DNA from: Azolla caroliniana | Lineage: Eukaryota; Plantae; Polypodiophyta | Assembly (NCBI GenBank): GCA_043228905.1 | Contig: JBHGNT010000001.1 | Span: 33,852,001 to 33,916,000 of the forward strand | Length of the DNA: 64,000 nt | Direction: 5' to 3' | In this document: positions 1-12,320 of the stretch, piece by piece | Position numbering within the stretch: the stretch's first letter is position 1 | Layout of the letters: each line of letters opens with the position of its first letter | Made by a program: the position numbers and the translations under genes | Notes under the pieces: model-generated | What the model saw: the letters and a program-made list of their open reading frames with translations, nothing else | Database searches by the model: none | What the model was told of the DNA's origin: nothing

Positions 1-639
1 CTTTATCTTTGCCAAACTCTGACCCGATCCCTTTACTTCAATTTTGAAAGATAAGACACTTCACAAATGAACCATCGTGATTTATTACCTATATAATGCA
101 TGAGATGTATGGTCACCATTTGATTTGAGTTCCCATGTATGAAAATGGATATAACATATGTGTACAATGAAAATTCATTATTATGATATGGAATGATTAT
201 CCTAATGGTTTATCCATTATACTTGATATAGAAGGCCATAAGCTCAAGCCTTTTAAATGTCGCATGATATGATATTTGAGTTAGTTTTGATGTCGTGAAG
301 CAATTTTCCCAACACCATCAAAGTCATTCTCAACACCGTGATTATTTTCCCATCTATAACGTTGGATGCACATTCACATTTATATAGTTATTCTTTTTCG
401 ACACAAATGAAGCTCAATGAGGGGATGTTGCGTACACATATATTAATCGCTCACTCGATGGACAAAGTGAGGCACGCATAATCTCCATTGTTATGGATCT
501 TACAATGGGTTACGTTAAAATGATGCCCCTAACACCTTTACCCCAACTACGTGAGATCATATTATACTCCACGGTACCTTCTACCGACCCCTCTCTCTCT
601 CCTCGATATATTTGACGATGATGATGTGATGGAGATGAT

Positions 640-739
640 GACCCTTGCCTCATGTAAACTCAATTGCATTCGATCAGTACAAGAAAATTTGATCCACATG
701 TTCTGGTCTTCGACTAACTTTCTCCAGTCCTATTTGTGA
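640..739 (+). mobile_element. possible LINE (L1) remnant, zf-RVT-like zinc-finger fragment, within ~4 kb of decayed AT-rich DNA
   Basis: The translation SCKLNCIRSVQENLIHMFWSS resembles the C-x2-C-x4-E-x3-H-x-F-W motif at the 3' end of plant L1 ORF2. No other intact domain was seen. Confidence 0.3.
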
Positions 740-3700
740 GTGCATGTGATAATTCACACACATTCTTCTTCATTCCCTTTCATCCATGGTTGATTGGTGA
801 AACCTTGGTTCATCAAAACATTTATTTCTACTACCATGTTTTTCTACATGCAACATGGTTTATGCTCTAGAAGTGGATATCGAGTTAGCAACAATGGTTA
901 TCGTTTGCATGTTGATACAAATTTGTCTTTAACATTGCATTCATCTCGTATGTATTTGTTATTCTTGCATTTTTCAAGATTAATTGATCATAAGCTAAAT
1001 ACAGATTGGTTTACATCATTAGAGTAGTCAAGACAATCATTTATAGGTGTCAATAACAATTGTATTACAAGGAAACTCCAAGCCTATTATTTACATGTCT
1101 TGATGATGATCGTATCCATGCAAACAACGTGTCACGTTCTCATACAATTTGTATGTATGCATGCACCCCACATTTCAAACTCAGTTGTCGTATAGATACA
1201 AATAACCTCTTGAAAAGTTATGCTTATGAGAGAAACTTGATTACATGGATATTTGTTATGCAATAATGAATTAAAATACAAATTTTGATAGGTGATATTT
1301 CTTTAGCGACACAGTAGTATGCCTTTCTTATGGATGATACATAGTGAATATTTTTGTCAATAAAAAACTATCACCTTTTCTAGAGCATAGATTGCAAATC
1401 AAAATGAAGGGAGATACACAAAGAGGACGGAAGACAAAACTATCAAGGTAAAAGATGGAAGATAGACCCCTTCATAACCCAAGACAAAAGAATCAATCTC
1501 CCGCCTTGCAAGAAATGAAATCTTAGATGATTGTTTTAGCAATCTAGCTACGAGACATCGCAAAGATCAATTTGCATCTTATTAATAGAAGAAAAAAATC
1601 TTCAATTAATGTTGAAAATATAGAGAGAGAAATAGTAGTGGACATTGGTAACCGACTCATAAAGACACGTCATAATTTAAGAAATGACAACCTCGTTGTA
1701 TCACTTTCCTAAGGAGGGAGGAACTTTCATTAGCAACATGCATTGACATTTCTTGAACTACAAGGCATAGATTTTATATACCCTATATAAATTTTGGGGC
1801 CCTCAAAGAAATCCCCTCTTGATACATATAAAGACAAGGGAAAAGTGAGTGTTTATGTTACAATATACCATACACGCCCTCGCCCTCACATTTATTCCTA
1901 ATTTCTCCTTCCTTGTGAAACCTTCCCAATGTCCACATGAGCATTGTCTACATTAGGATACTTGCAATTCTGTAATAATTAAGCCAATGATAACTAATTG
2001 CGTAAACTCTAACAATAATTGAGAATGTTTCACCCATAACTCCATGTCAACGTGAATGGAATAATGGTGAAACAATATGCTTCTTGTTTATTCGAGCAAC
2101 AAATCACGTGAATTCCATAGCCATCATTAGATTATAGTAAACAAATTGACAATGGTGAAACCACTAACCCAAATGGTTAAACCATCACAAGAGTGGACTT
2201 ATCGAGATTCCTCTTATAGATCACACATATAATTGATCAATGATTGGCCTACTTAAGGGAACAATTAGAATTTTCGTAGGATTGAAGAATGAAGACAAAT
2301 TTATGGATCATCCTCTAATGCATAGACAAATAGTTCCCTACGAAAGCATTTTTTTGTTTTTCAAAGAAATGTTCTTGTATGCTTTAATTTACATAGACTT
2401 AAACTAGCATGCCAATGTTGCAAATATTGTTGTTATCTATGCATCAACATAAAAAAAATGCTCCAATGACCTTCATACGTGGTCTAATGAGTTTTTAGAT
2501 AAACTGAAATGTCATTACTATGATATCTAATTTGATCATGGTTTTGCGTAGTATAAACATAACTAACATATAGTGATTTTTTCCTTAATGTCACAATTTA
2601 TGTTAAGTTCTTCTAATTCCATAAACAATAAAGCATTTGTGTGCTTTGCAAGCTCAACAACATGGTCAACACATGTATGAGTGGACATTATAAGCATTGC
2701 TTTGACCCACATGTACGATTTAGACAAGATGATAATTGGTTAGCTTTGCATCTCATTTATAAAATGTCTTAAAATGTCTATATCTATGGTAGGGACAACC
2801 ATTCTTATTTTTCTTATCGTTATGCTCCATCATCGTATTAAAAGGTGCAAATGTTCAATCACCAAGAAGATGGTGTTTTCTTTCTCTTCCCATGTCATCC
2901 TAATTTTAAGAATTATGAACATAATTTGGATAATGAAATCTACAATCACCTCGTGTGTGCGTGGTTAGTAGGAGCAATATTATATGGTGGTGTATGAACT
3001 TGCGTCAATCCATAAATTTTCCTTCACGAGACTAGATAATGATTTTGACACGATAATTTATTTGTCGCAATTGATAAATGTGTCTCCAATTGTAGGTTTT
3101 GCATGTGGTCACCCATTTATCTAAGGGCCCCATGTTTACATGGATGCAAAGCCCATAATATGATATGAGCTTACTTCTAACCAATCACTCAATGGGTCTT
3201 ATGTTCTCGCACTATCATGTCACTACTATGATTATTGTCCATGCTTCAAGACTATGAGGTTCATCCACTTGTGTATATACACAAAAACGGTAAGTCAAAC
3301 GCAATATGTTTACATTGGTAAAACAAATGTGTTTGTGAAACAAACAACACTAGAACTCAAAGGAGGTTTTAATTCAACCATCATTATGTGATGTACTCTT
3401 GACGACGACTATGGAGTTGTTGCGAGAAACACTTTGAATGAGAATACACGTATATCACAATCTTGAGTCTATTTTAAATCCTTTGTTATCCATTTCATGT
3501 CCAACCACATGGTTGCCCACAATTTAATGTGAATGACCTCTAACATATTCACTTATGGTTATGTGTACGTTGGGGTCAACTACCCTAGTTCATGGGTGAC
3601 TACATAGTTTGCTACAATACATATGATGGGGCCATATATTAGTTTGTTGGTCTATAATATATGGATGTTGGTCACGACGACATATGCATTGTTGTTTTTG

Positions 3701-4685
3701 GAAACAGTTTTACCCTAGTGGTAAGTTATTAGGATACGAAGATGTGGGTATGAGTTGAATTCGGTTTGACAACTTATTTGCAAGACCATACACCACATTT
3801 TCCTTAAAAACTAAATGTGCATTGGTGTATCGAACAATCACAAAACAATCGACAGAACCACCTCAATCGTGGGCCAATCAACTCTCTGACTTCTTACCAC
3901 TCGACATCATGCATGGATTAGTGAGTTACTTTCAATGGTCTCGTTGAAAGGCTTAAGTGGGTGATTGGAACGCAAAGAGAGACACTTATACGTCCACACG
4001 TAGCCAACTCAACTAACAAATATTTACCGTGGATAGATCTATGGTGGATGTATATGCATACATACATACATACATACATACATACGATGAGCATACACAC
4101 ACATCCATCAATACATACATTTAACATTATATACATAACATAGCATAAGATGAGTATGGTGATTAATGATGGATGATGGCACGAGGCTTAGTTTTTTGAA
4201 AATTCAAACTAAAAAGCTTTTGTTTCTTTGATTATATTATACATATATAATTATATTTATGTGTTTTTTTTTCCTCTCTTTCCTTAGCGATATATGGGTA
4301 ATATTTTGAATTCAATTTCTGCTTTGTGATTTCATGGTAGAGAGAGAGAGAGAGAGAGAGAGGTCTCTGCTCTCCTCTGTTTTCTGGGTCTCTGTTTTTC
4401 TCTGATTTTGGGTTTCACTGTTCCCCCCCTCCCCCTCTTCAATTAATTCACGAGCAAAAACAAAGAACACTCTGAATATCCTCTCACAGAGAAACACCAT
4501 TAGTTTCGTCTGTGTCCTTCCACTGAAGCTTCCCTAAATCGGGTCAAGTTCGATTCCCGATTTGGTCCGAAAAAACTATCAATTTCTTTTTGTGGGTCAC
4601 AAATTTCTGGTCTTTTTTGTATGCTCAAGCAAGAAATCCCTTGGGAACTAAAACTCAGAGATTTGTTGTATTCTGAGCTTTATCT

Positions 4686-7600
4686 ATGGCTATGGCTGGA
4701 GACACTCCATCTGTAACGGGAGAAGAAGAAAAGAGTGATATTCCTATGGATCTTGAAGAACAGAGAGACACTAACACTAGCACAACTGTATTAACTGCTC
4801 CTTCTTCATCTGTACAAATTCCTTTCTCATCAGCAAATGTTAACCCAAGCCCACAAACAAACACCCAAAACAGTAAGTAGATTCAATCCATACAATGTTT
4901 TTATCAGTTTCATTCATTATTAGATCTAATTCATAGTGTATATTAACTTGTGTTCAAATGTGGCGCAAATTTGTGTGTAGTGGGTAATATTCTCCCCATT
5001 GTATGCTATTAACAAGCACCCAAACCAGTTAATAGGCTCAAACCTTGAATAAATTTGTATTGCTTCCATTTTATATGTAAATTCTGATGTGAAATTTTGC
5101 ATGTAAAGTTGGATTTCAATTTGTGTGTAATATCTAGATGTGTAAGCTTGTATTAAAACCCAAGTGTGATAATATATGTAAATTTAATTTGTATATAAAA
5201 TTTTTGCAAATGATTATGCACTCCCATTGTCAGTTTCACCCTGTTAACATAAGTTTCATAGTCAATTTCCTGCACAATGACCACCTGAAACTGGGAGTAG
5301 ATCAAGCCCTACAGAGATTCATATCAATTCCATTCATATTTGGGTCCAGTCCTATATTAATAATCTCATTTGTAAATGGTAATATACCCCAACTTTCAGA
5401 TTCGTGTTGCGAAACTAAGTTTCATGCATAATAAGTACACGAAACAGGGAGTAGATAAGTTCCATTCATATTTTGGGTCTATTCCCATATTAATAATTTT
5501 TTTTGTAAATTTGTAGGTAAATGGTTTCATGTTTTTAAACTTAGTGACATTGCTAGTTTCATGTACGAACAATACGTGAAACTGATCAAAATCCTAAAAA
5601 CTGTACATTGGTTTTATGGTTTACATTAGGATGAACATAATTTATTCCAGAACATTAGAGATGCTGAACCATATTTTTCCATTCTTTCATTGTTGGGTCT
5701 ATTTCAATTATGTAATACACTCCCATCGCTCTTTTGATTCTCTACATCTGGACAAGTGTCTTTCATTTCGAGGGTGTCTGTTTGTTGTGCTAATTTATTA
5801 TCTCTTAAGTTTTTCTGTTGATTGTTGGATCTTTAAACTTATTGTATGATAATCATAATGTACATCTCAATTTGAATCACCTAGTTCTAGAATTCTAGAC
5901 TGTTATTCCCATTACATCTAATTGGTAATGTACTCCCAATGTTATTGAATTGGAAATATACTGCTGAATTAAGACCTGGTGTTTGTTTTTCTATTTGATA
6001 GGGGCAGGTGCACAAGGAGTGATTGGCTATGTTTCACATGCAGTACATACAAAGCCACTACCACTTTCACCTGCTAGGTATAACCTAAAACTTTTTTTCC
6101 TTGAATTTTGTTCCCATATTAATAAATTTTTTGGAAACTTGCAAGTAAATGTTTCATGTTTTTAAACTTAGTGATATTGCCAGTTTCATGTGCGGACAAC
6201 ACATGAAACAGATCAAAATCCTAAAAACTGTTTATTGGTTACATGGTCTATGTGTGGATGATCTACACATGCACTTATGTGTGCTGACAGGCTGTATTAT
6301 TTAGTGCTCGGTGTTTAAATTAATCACCACATTAGTTTCTTTTGCTTCTGTAACAGTTACACCGTATGGATTAAATGTTAGTTTCTTTTGCTTGTGTAAT
6401 AGTGGAACCATTGTAATTGGCATGTTCAACAATAACTATGCTATTTTCTTTTTGTTTGTGTAATAGTAGGGCAATGTTTCGCTCAGTGGGACAACATATG
6501 GGACAGGGAATGCAGACAAACTCAGCATCAGCACCAATTCATCAAGAAGATCATCCTGCGAGAAAGCCTGTTCGACAGCTAGATTTTACATCAATGTATG
6601 ATGGAGCATCTTCGTGTGCGGACACATGTGTTAGGCCAGTGACAATGTAAGGCATATTTTGTTGTCAAAACTCCAGAATACCCCTTAACTCTTTGGGTAT
6701 TTACTGCCAGAATGCTCCTAAGTTTTGAAATTTGTTGCAATGCCCCTCTTCAGTACACGTTTTTGTAAAATTTAAGGGTATTCTGATGAAAATTCAACAA
6801 ACTAGGGGTATTTTGGTGTTTTTCTGTAATTCTGTCTTAGCTCTTTTTCATTTTCCCACACGAGTCTCTTTATAATTGTTTTCATATACCATCTCTTTCC
6901 TACAGGAAAACTGGGTCCCCTGCAAGGGCTCCAAGGGTTAGAACTACATGCGATTCAAAAGAAGGGACTCCGAAGAAGTGCAAACGATGTAATTGCAAAA
7001 ATTCACGTTGTTTGAAATTGTATGTTTTACTGTTTTCATCCTTTCTTTACGCTCTCCATTATGGATTATATTATTCTGACCTCTTATCCTTTTCAGGTAC
7101 TGTGAGTGTTTTGCTGCAGGAGTATATTGTGATGGGTGCAATTGTGTAAATTGTTGCAATAATGTGGAGAATGAGGCTATCCGAAAAGAAGCAATAGAAG
7201 CCATTTTAGAGCGCAATCCCAATGCTTTCAGGCCAAAAATAGCCAGCAGTCCTAGTTCTCAAAGAGAAACTCGGGTATTCCCTTCAATTTCTTTATCTTC
7301 GTGTTTAAAGATGACTTAAATGACTACAAGAAAAAATATTTAGAGCATACAAGCAGAAAGTGCTGGAGAGCGTTCCTAATTTCTTATTTCATGGAGGATT
7401 TCCATCTTTAATTTTAAGGAAATATGTTTGTGCTTATTATATGATAGTTTTTTTAATGGTATAACTTATAAAATACATCAGGTTTTTGGATTTGTGTTGA
7501 TTACTCTTTTAGTTGAGGTAGATGCTAATACTTATTTTTACTAGTTTAGTTTCAGCTGTTTTCATGGAAAACCCAGATTGATTAAAATGTCTCATTTAAT

Positions 7601-10346
7601 AAGACAAATTGCCTGCTGAATAATAGTTATCATAAAGTGGACTTTGAGGCTTTTACATGCATACGCTTGCAAATCAATTTAATGGAAGGTGTATCCTTGT
7701 CAAGGGGCAACATCTTGACTTTTGATCCTCATATACTACTTAAAAATGGACAAGTCTGGATAAGAGGTATCTTGCTTATACTTTTTCTAGATTGAGTCCT
7801 TGAAGTCCAAGATAATGCCCATGGCCTAGTGCCAGAGTATATGCAAACTATTTAAAAGTTGAACTGTAGGAAAGAGATGGCATTTGAATTAGATTCATTT
7901 TTAAAGGTGCATGGAAGGTACTAATGGGAAAATTGTCGTGTGGCCTCAACAGGATAAAAAGGTTAAACATGACTAGAGAATTGTTTCCCCAATTGAATAT
8001 TGTGCAAGTATTCTATAAAGCTAATCGTTCTGATTATCTTTCAGGATGAAGTGGCCCAGTTGTCTTTTGTTGGAAAGCACAATAAAGGTTGTAACTGCAA
8101 GAAATCAGGTTGCTTAAAAAAATATTGTGAATGCTTTCAAGCAAACATCCTGTGCTCAGAGAATTGCAAATGCATTGACTGCAAAAATTGCGAAAACAGT
8201 GAAGAGAGGCGTGCATTATTTCAGCGAGATTTGTCAACAACTCTGAACTATGCACTTAATCCTAGTATTTCCTCGGGGACGAGTACCATAGGTTACAATT
8301 CCCCATTACCACTGTCCAAGAAGAGAAGAACACATGATCTAGTTTTTGTTGGACAGGGGCTGAAGGAACAAGCTCCTCCACACAGAGTACCCCATGTCTT
8401 GCAGGTGAAGAAGAGATGTACATACTACTTTGTCATACTTGGCACATTGAAGATACTTAGTTTTTAGTCTGAACTAATTTTACCACGTCTTTGTTATGCA
8501 GCCTCCAAATGTGAAAGCAAGTGCTGCTTCAATTAATCAATACCACACAGGAATACCTGGAACTACAACTGCTGTTCCAGCCACAAAGGTTTCTTACAGG
8601 TTTGCAATGTGTGGAAATAATGATGGCACTACACATGCATATGCATACACATCCATATCCGTGGTCCGTGTCCATGTATGTCTCCATCTAATCTCAATCT
8701 CTATCTACACCTGCACCTACAGTGATACATACATCTCCATCTTCTATCTCCATCTCCATGTACATGTACATGTACATTTAAATGTACATCGACATCTACA
8801 AATACAGCTACATGTACATGTAATATGTATAGAACACAACTACATATACATAATACAAATTCGCATTTACATCCACATTCACATATGCATGCACAGACAC
8901 AGCTACAGACAGCTACAGACAGCTACAGACAGCTACAGACACACACAGACACACACAGACACACACAGACACACACAGACACACACAGACACACACAGAC
9001 ACACACAGACACACACAGACACACACAGACACATCCATATTTAATATGATGGATGGCAATGATGCAGTTCCTTGTTAATGGGAGTAGTCCAGCCAGATGC
9101 AATCCGGGAACTGGGAAAGCTTTTGGCCATTGTCTCGGCAGATGCAGCAAGAGCATATGCGGGTAATTTTGGTTTTTTGTTATATAATATGAAAATCTGT
9201 AAACATCTGGAACTTATCATTCTGAATCATTTTATGATAGCAGAGGCAGAACTAAAAGCTCGTGATGGGGTATCAGCAGAAAATGGTCCATCAATTAAGA
9301 AAGAGGGCCTAGGGTCTGTCAGTGACATTGCTGATGAGGTGCAGAACCATTCTCAAACCTCAGCAACAGCAGAAGTAAAGGAAGAAAATCTAGAAGGAGA
9401 AGTAAGAGAAACAACTTTGATGGGATCAAAAGCTCCACAAACTTATATACATGCAACAGAATCAGAGTCTGGTACTGATGGATCCAGGCAAAGACCTATG
9501 TCTCCAGGAACTCTGGCACTGATGTGTGATGAGCAAGACAGCCTCTTCACTGCACCTCCATCTCCATCTGGGTCAAACACTGGGGTCTTTCCCACACAAA
9601 AGTCACCCATTATATCACAAATGCATGCTGAACAAGAAAAAGCAATTCTCTCAGAATTTCGTGATTGTCTGAGGCACATTGTATCCGTCGGTAACAAGCG
9701 AGGTATTCTTTATACTATATTGTTCCTCTCTACGAGTGCCTTCATACTCGTAAGTCATTGAATGGTCAAATTAAATGCTTCCAGTCTTTCACATTCTTGC
9801 AGATTGCTTTTTTGCTCATATGGGCTTCTCTTGGAAATACATTCTTCTCCGCTTAGTTTATTTTTCTAAATTTTTGTGCAAATATTTCTGTTGGTTTGCT
9901 AGAATTCTTACAACCTCATGATGCTAGGCATTTTTTTTAGTGTAACCATGTGCCTTTTATATGTTCTTATACCAATAATACAGATTTTCAACATGTGAAG
10001 GAATAAATTAAAGTAGCTGATCTTTTGTTTGTGATGTAATTATGTAGCTACACAGTATTCAGCAAAAGTTTCGAGGGTGGAACTGCCAACCGTATCGCAT
10101 CTGCAACAGCCACCACCAGGATCTGTCAGCCTTGGTGGAGTTTCGAGGCCAATAATGGTGGCTACTCAACCATCAGGAGCCCAACCTGCAGTAATAAGGG
10201 CTGCCATTACTCCTGTTATTCCGAATAGTTTGCCACTAGCAAGTTCTGCAGCATATGTTTCTGTGGCTAGAGTTCCATCACCTTCTACAGTGTTATCAAT
10301 GGATAGTATGCTACCAGTGCCTTCAAGCACCACCAGCTTGCAATAA
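4686..10346 (+). CDS. TCX: Tesmin/TSO1-like CXC (CRC) domain protein, LIN54 homologue, TCX5/6-like; DREAM/MuvB subunit
   Basis: Ten GT-AG exons join in frame: 4686-4872, 6002-6077, 6470-6646, 6906-7019, 7097-7274, 8045-8404, 8502-8599, 9068-9162, 9241-9702, 10048-10346. Motifs: RQLDFT; CXC1 [29 protein letters not shown]; hinge [11 protein letters not shown]; CXC2 [32 protein letters not shown]; [16 protein letters not shown]. Confidence 0.95.
5478..6260. repeat. ~140-bp direct repeat in TCX introns 1 and 2, flanking exon 2
   Basis: ttcccatattaataa...tttcatgtttttaaacttagtga...gatcaaaatcctaaaaactgt..attggtt occurs at ~5480-5625 and ~6110-6250. Confidence 0.8.
6660..6825. mobile_element. small Mutator-like foldback/MITE remnant in TCX intron 3
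   Basis: Imperfect inverted ends aaaactccagaatacccc (~6667) and ggggtattttggtgttttt (~6805), plus internal gggtatt/aatgccc motifs. Related sequences lie at ~29680-29845, ~30560-30745 and ~36785-37110. Confidence 0.5.
8890..9032. repeat. compound 10-bp minisatellite (AGCTACAGAC)4 then (ACACACAGAC)9 in TCX intron 7
   Basis: Directly visible. It explains the THTDTHRH and CVCVCL ORFs in the track. Confidence 0.95.
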
Positions 10347-10505
10347 TATCATTGGCATCAAAGTAGAAACCATTGTCAACTCTTGAGGTCTCCCTTGCCT
10401 CCCATCCCCCTTTCAGATCTCAATGCATGTAAAGGATACATCTCATGAGGAAGTATCTGGCTCGTAATGTCACTAATAATATTCTTTCCCATGGAATATG
10501 TCAGT

Positions 10506-10614
10506 GCTTGTCATAAGATGAATAAGTTGCAGAGGCAGATATAAGGGATGGAAATGAGGCAGATGTAAGGGATGAATAAGTTGCAGAGGCAGATGTAAGT
10601 TGCTTGTCATAAGG
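10506..10614. repeat. mosaic short tandem repeats in the TCX 3' region
   Basis: gcttgtcataag x2, gatgaataagttgcagaggcagat x2, gaggcagat(a/g)taag x3. Confidence 0.8.
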
Positions 10615-12320
10615 TTCGACTTTTTTGTATTCGTAGATTTGGTTTTTCAACTCTACGAATTATTCCAAGAATAGGGCATTGTATTTATCAGGTGCAAATC
10701 AGCACCTGATTCTTCTAAAAGTGTATTCTGAGAAACCAAATACTGCAAAAAATCCAACCTTCTTATTTCAATCACAAACTTTTGAAATTGGTAACTTGAT
10801 CACAATATATTTTCAGCCATTTCCGAAATGTCTCAAATCTATGCTCGATATCCCTCTAAAGTTTGGGGATTCTTTTAAAGGAAAGGAAAAGGAAACCTCT
10901 ACAAGGGTCCTTCCTGCTGCATCTGAAATAGCCACCATCCTTGTTGGAAGTTCTGCAGAACGTTCACATTTTCCAATGATGTTCTGTTTGCATTTTCAAA
11001 GGGGCATATCACATGACAGGATTTTGAAATCAATGGCAAAATTTGTGAAGCATATAGCATATACTCATATCTCTTGTACCTGTCAGTCTAATTTTGGCTT
11101 TTCTCATTATTAATTTGGAGTAAATTAACATCTTAATGAAGTGGTTGGTCTGGTTAAGGCATTTATTTGCTAGATTGGTTTTCCACACCATTTTTGTTGG
11201 GAAGAGATGTTTGTCTTATTCTATAATCATGTTTAAATGATTTTGCAAACATTTCATGGAAATAAGTAATGATATTATTAAGAATGTTGCTGTTGTGAGA
11301 GAGATATAGATAGATTCACAGGAGATTGTGATCTTTGAGGTGGAGCTGAGCGCATAGCAATGAACAAAGTTGGTTCTCTTGATGCTATGGTGTAAATTGC
11401 CAAACCAACAGCCGTAGATAGGTAAGTAGGTAGAGAGAGGCTGATCATTGTCAATAGGATAGGTTTTTTTTTCTTTGTTCAAAGAATGGGAAATTTCAAT
11501 GTCCATGGAAGACTGATTGTGATCTGTGAGAGGGAGCCTAGACCTGGGTGCGGATGGAACTTGAGACCTGGGTTCTCTCAAATTAGCAAACCACCCAAGC
11601 CCAAAGAGCAAGAGAGAGAGAGAGAGAGAGAGAAACAATCTTTGTACAAGCAAAATGAATAAAGAAGATAAGACTGATTGTTTTGATTCAATGAATCATG
11701 AAAAGGTATTTGTTCTCGATGCTTACACTTGGGTAAACTAAATAAGTACATTTACTATCGAGAAATAGCTTCAATTAATAAAATTACATTAGATTGAAAA
11801 TGGCTATACATTTCAAAGCAGAATCTTGTGAATTTGGAAATCATTCAAACTTGCTGCTTCTCACTGAAATACTTTTAAAAAACATTTATACTATTCTGTA
11901 AGAGTGTCAATTTCTTGCCATCTTGCTTTCACTTATTCATACATCTCATCAACTGAGAACAATTTTTGTACTGTCAGTACCTCTCTTCATTACAAGAATA
12001 CACCTCAAAATACTTTCTGAAATTGGTATTATCTTCCATACACAGGAAAGGGGTCTAAATACAGGATGGGTTGACCAGGTTCTAAGGAGTTGCAATATCC
12101 ATCACAAGCCTTCCTCTATATAAAATTGCTGGGACTTACAGAAATTCTTATGCACATTCCATCTTATTGGATGGTTGATGTAGTGATAACAATGACTTTT
12201 GACATGCAAAGGCAGGCAGAATGCTAATGGATACATAAAACAAGCTGTCCATACAAATGGCACTTATTGAAAATAGAATGATTTAGTACAAATGGTAATG
12301 ATTGGTATGGGAAAAGAATC

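Noticed and set aside
1-4100. Short ORFs as genes, or an intact transposon, in the first 4 kb
   Set aside because: No spliceable gene model and no intact TE domain. There are only faint LINE-like words (zf-RVT-like at ~650-720, RVDWPTIEVVL at ~3880 on minus).
8496-9156. Long ORFs with [14 protein letters not shown] repeats
   Set aside because: These are read-through of TCX exon 7 into an intronic minisatellite, or its antisense.
10700-11190. Apparent minus-strand spliced ORF (…RLTELPTRMVAISDAAGRTLVE/RDIEHRFETFRKWL…)
   Set aside because: It requires a 41-bp intron, too short for a typical plant intron, and shows no recognisable homology.
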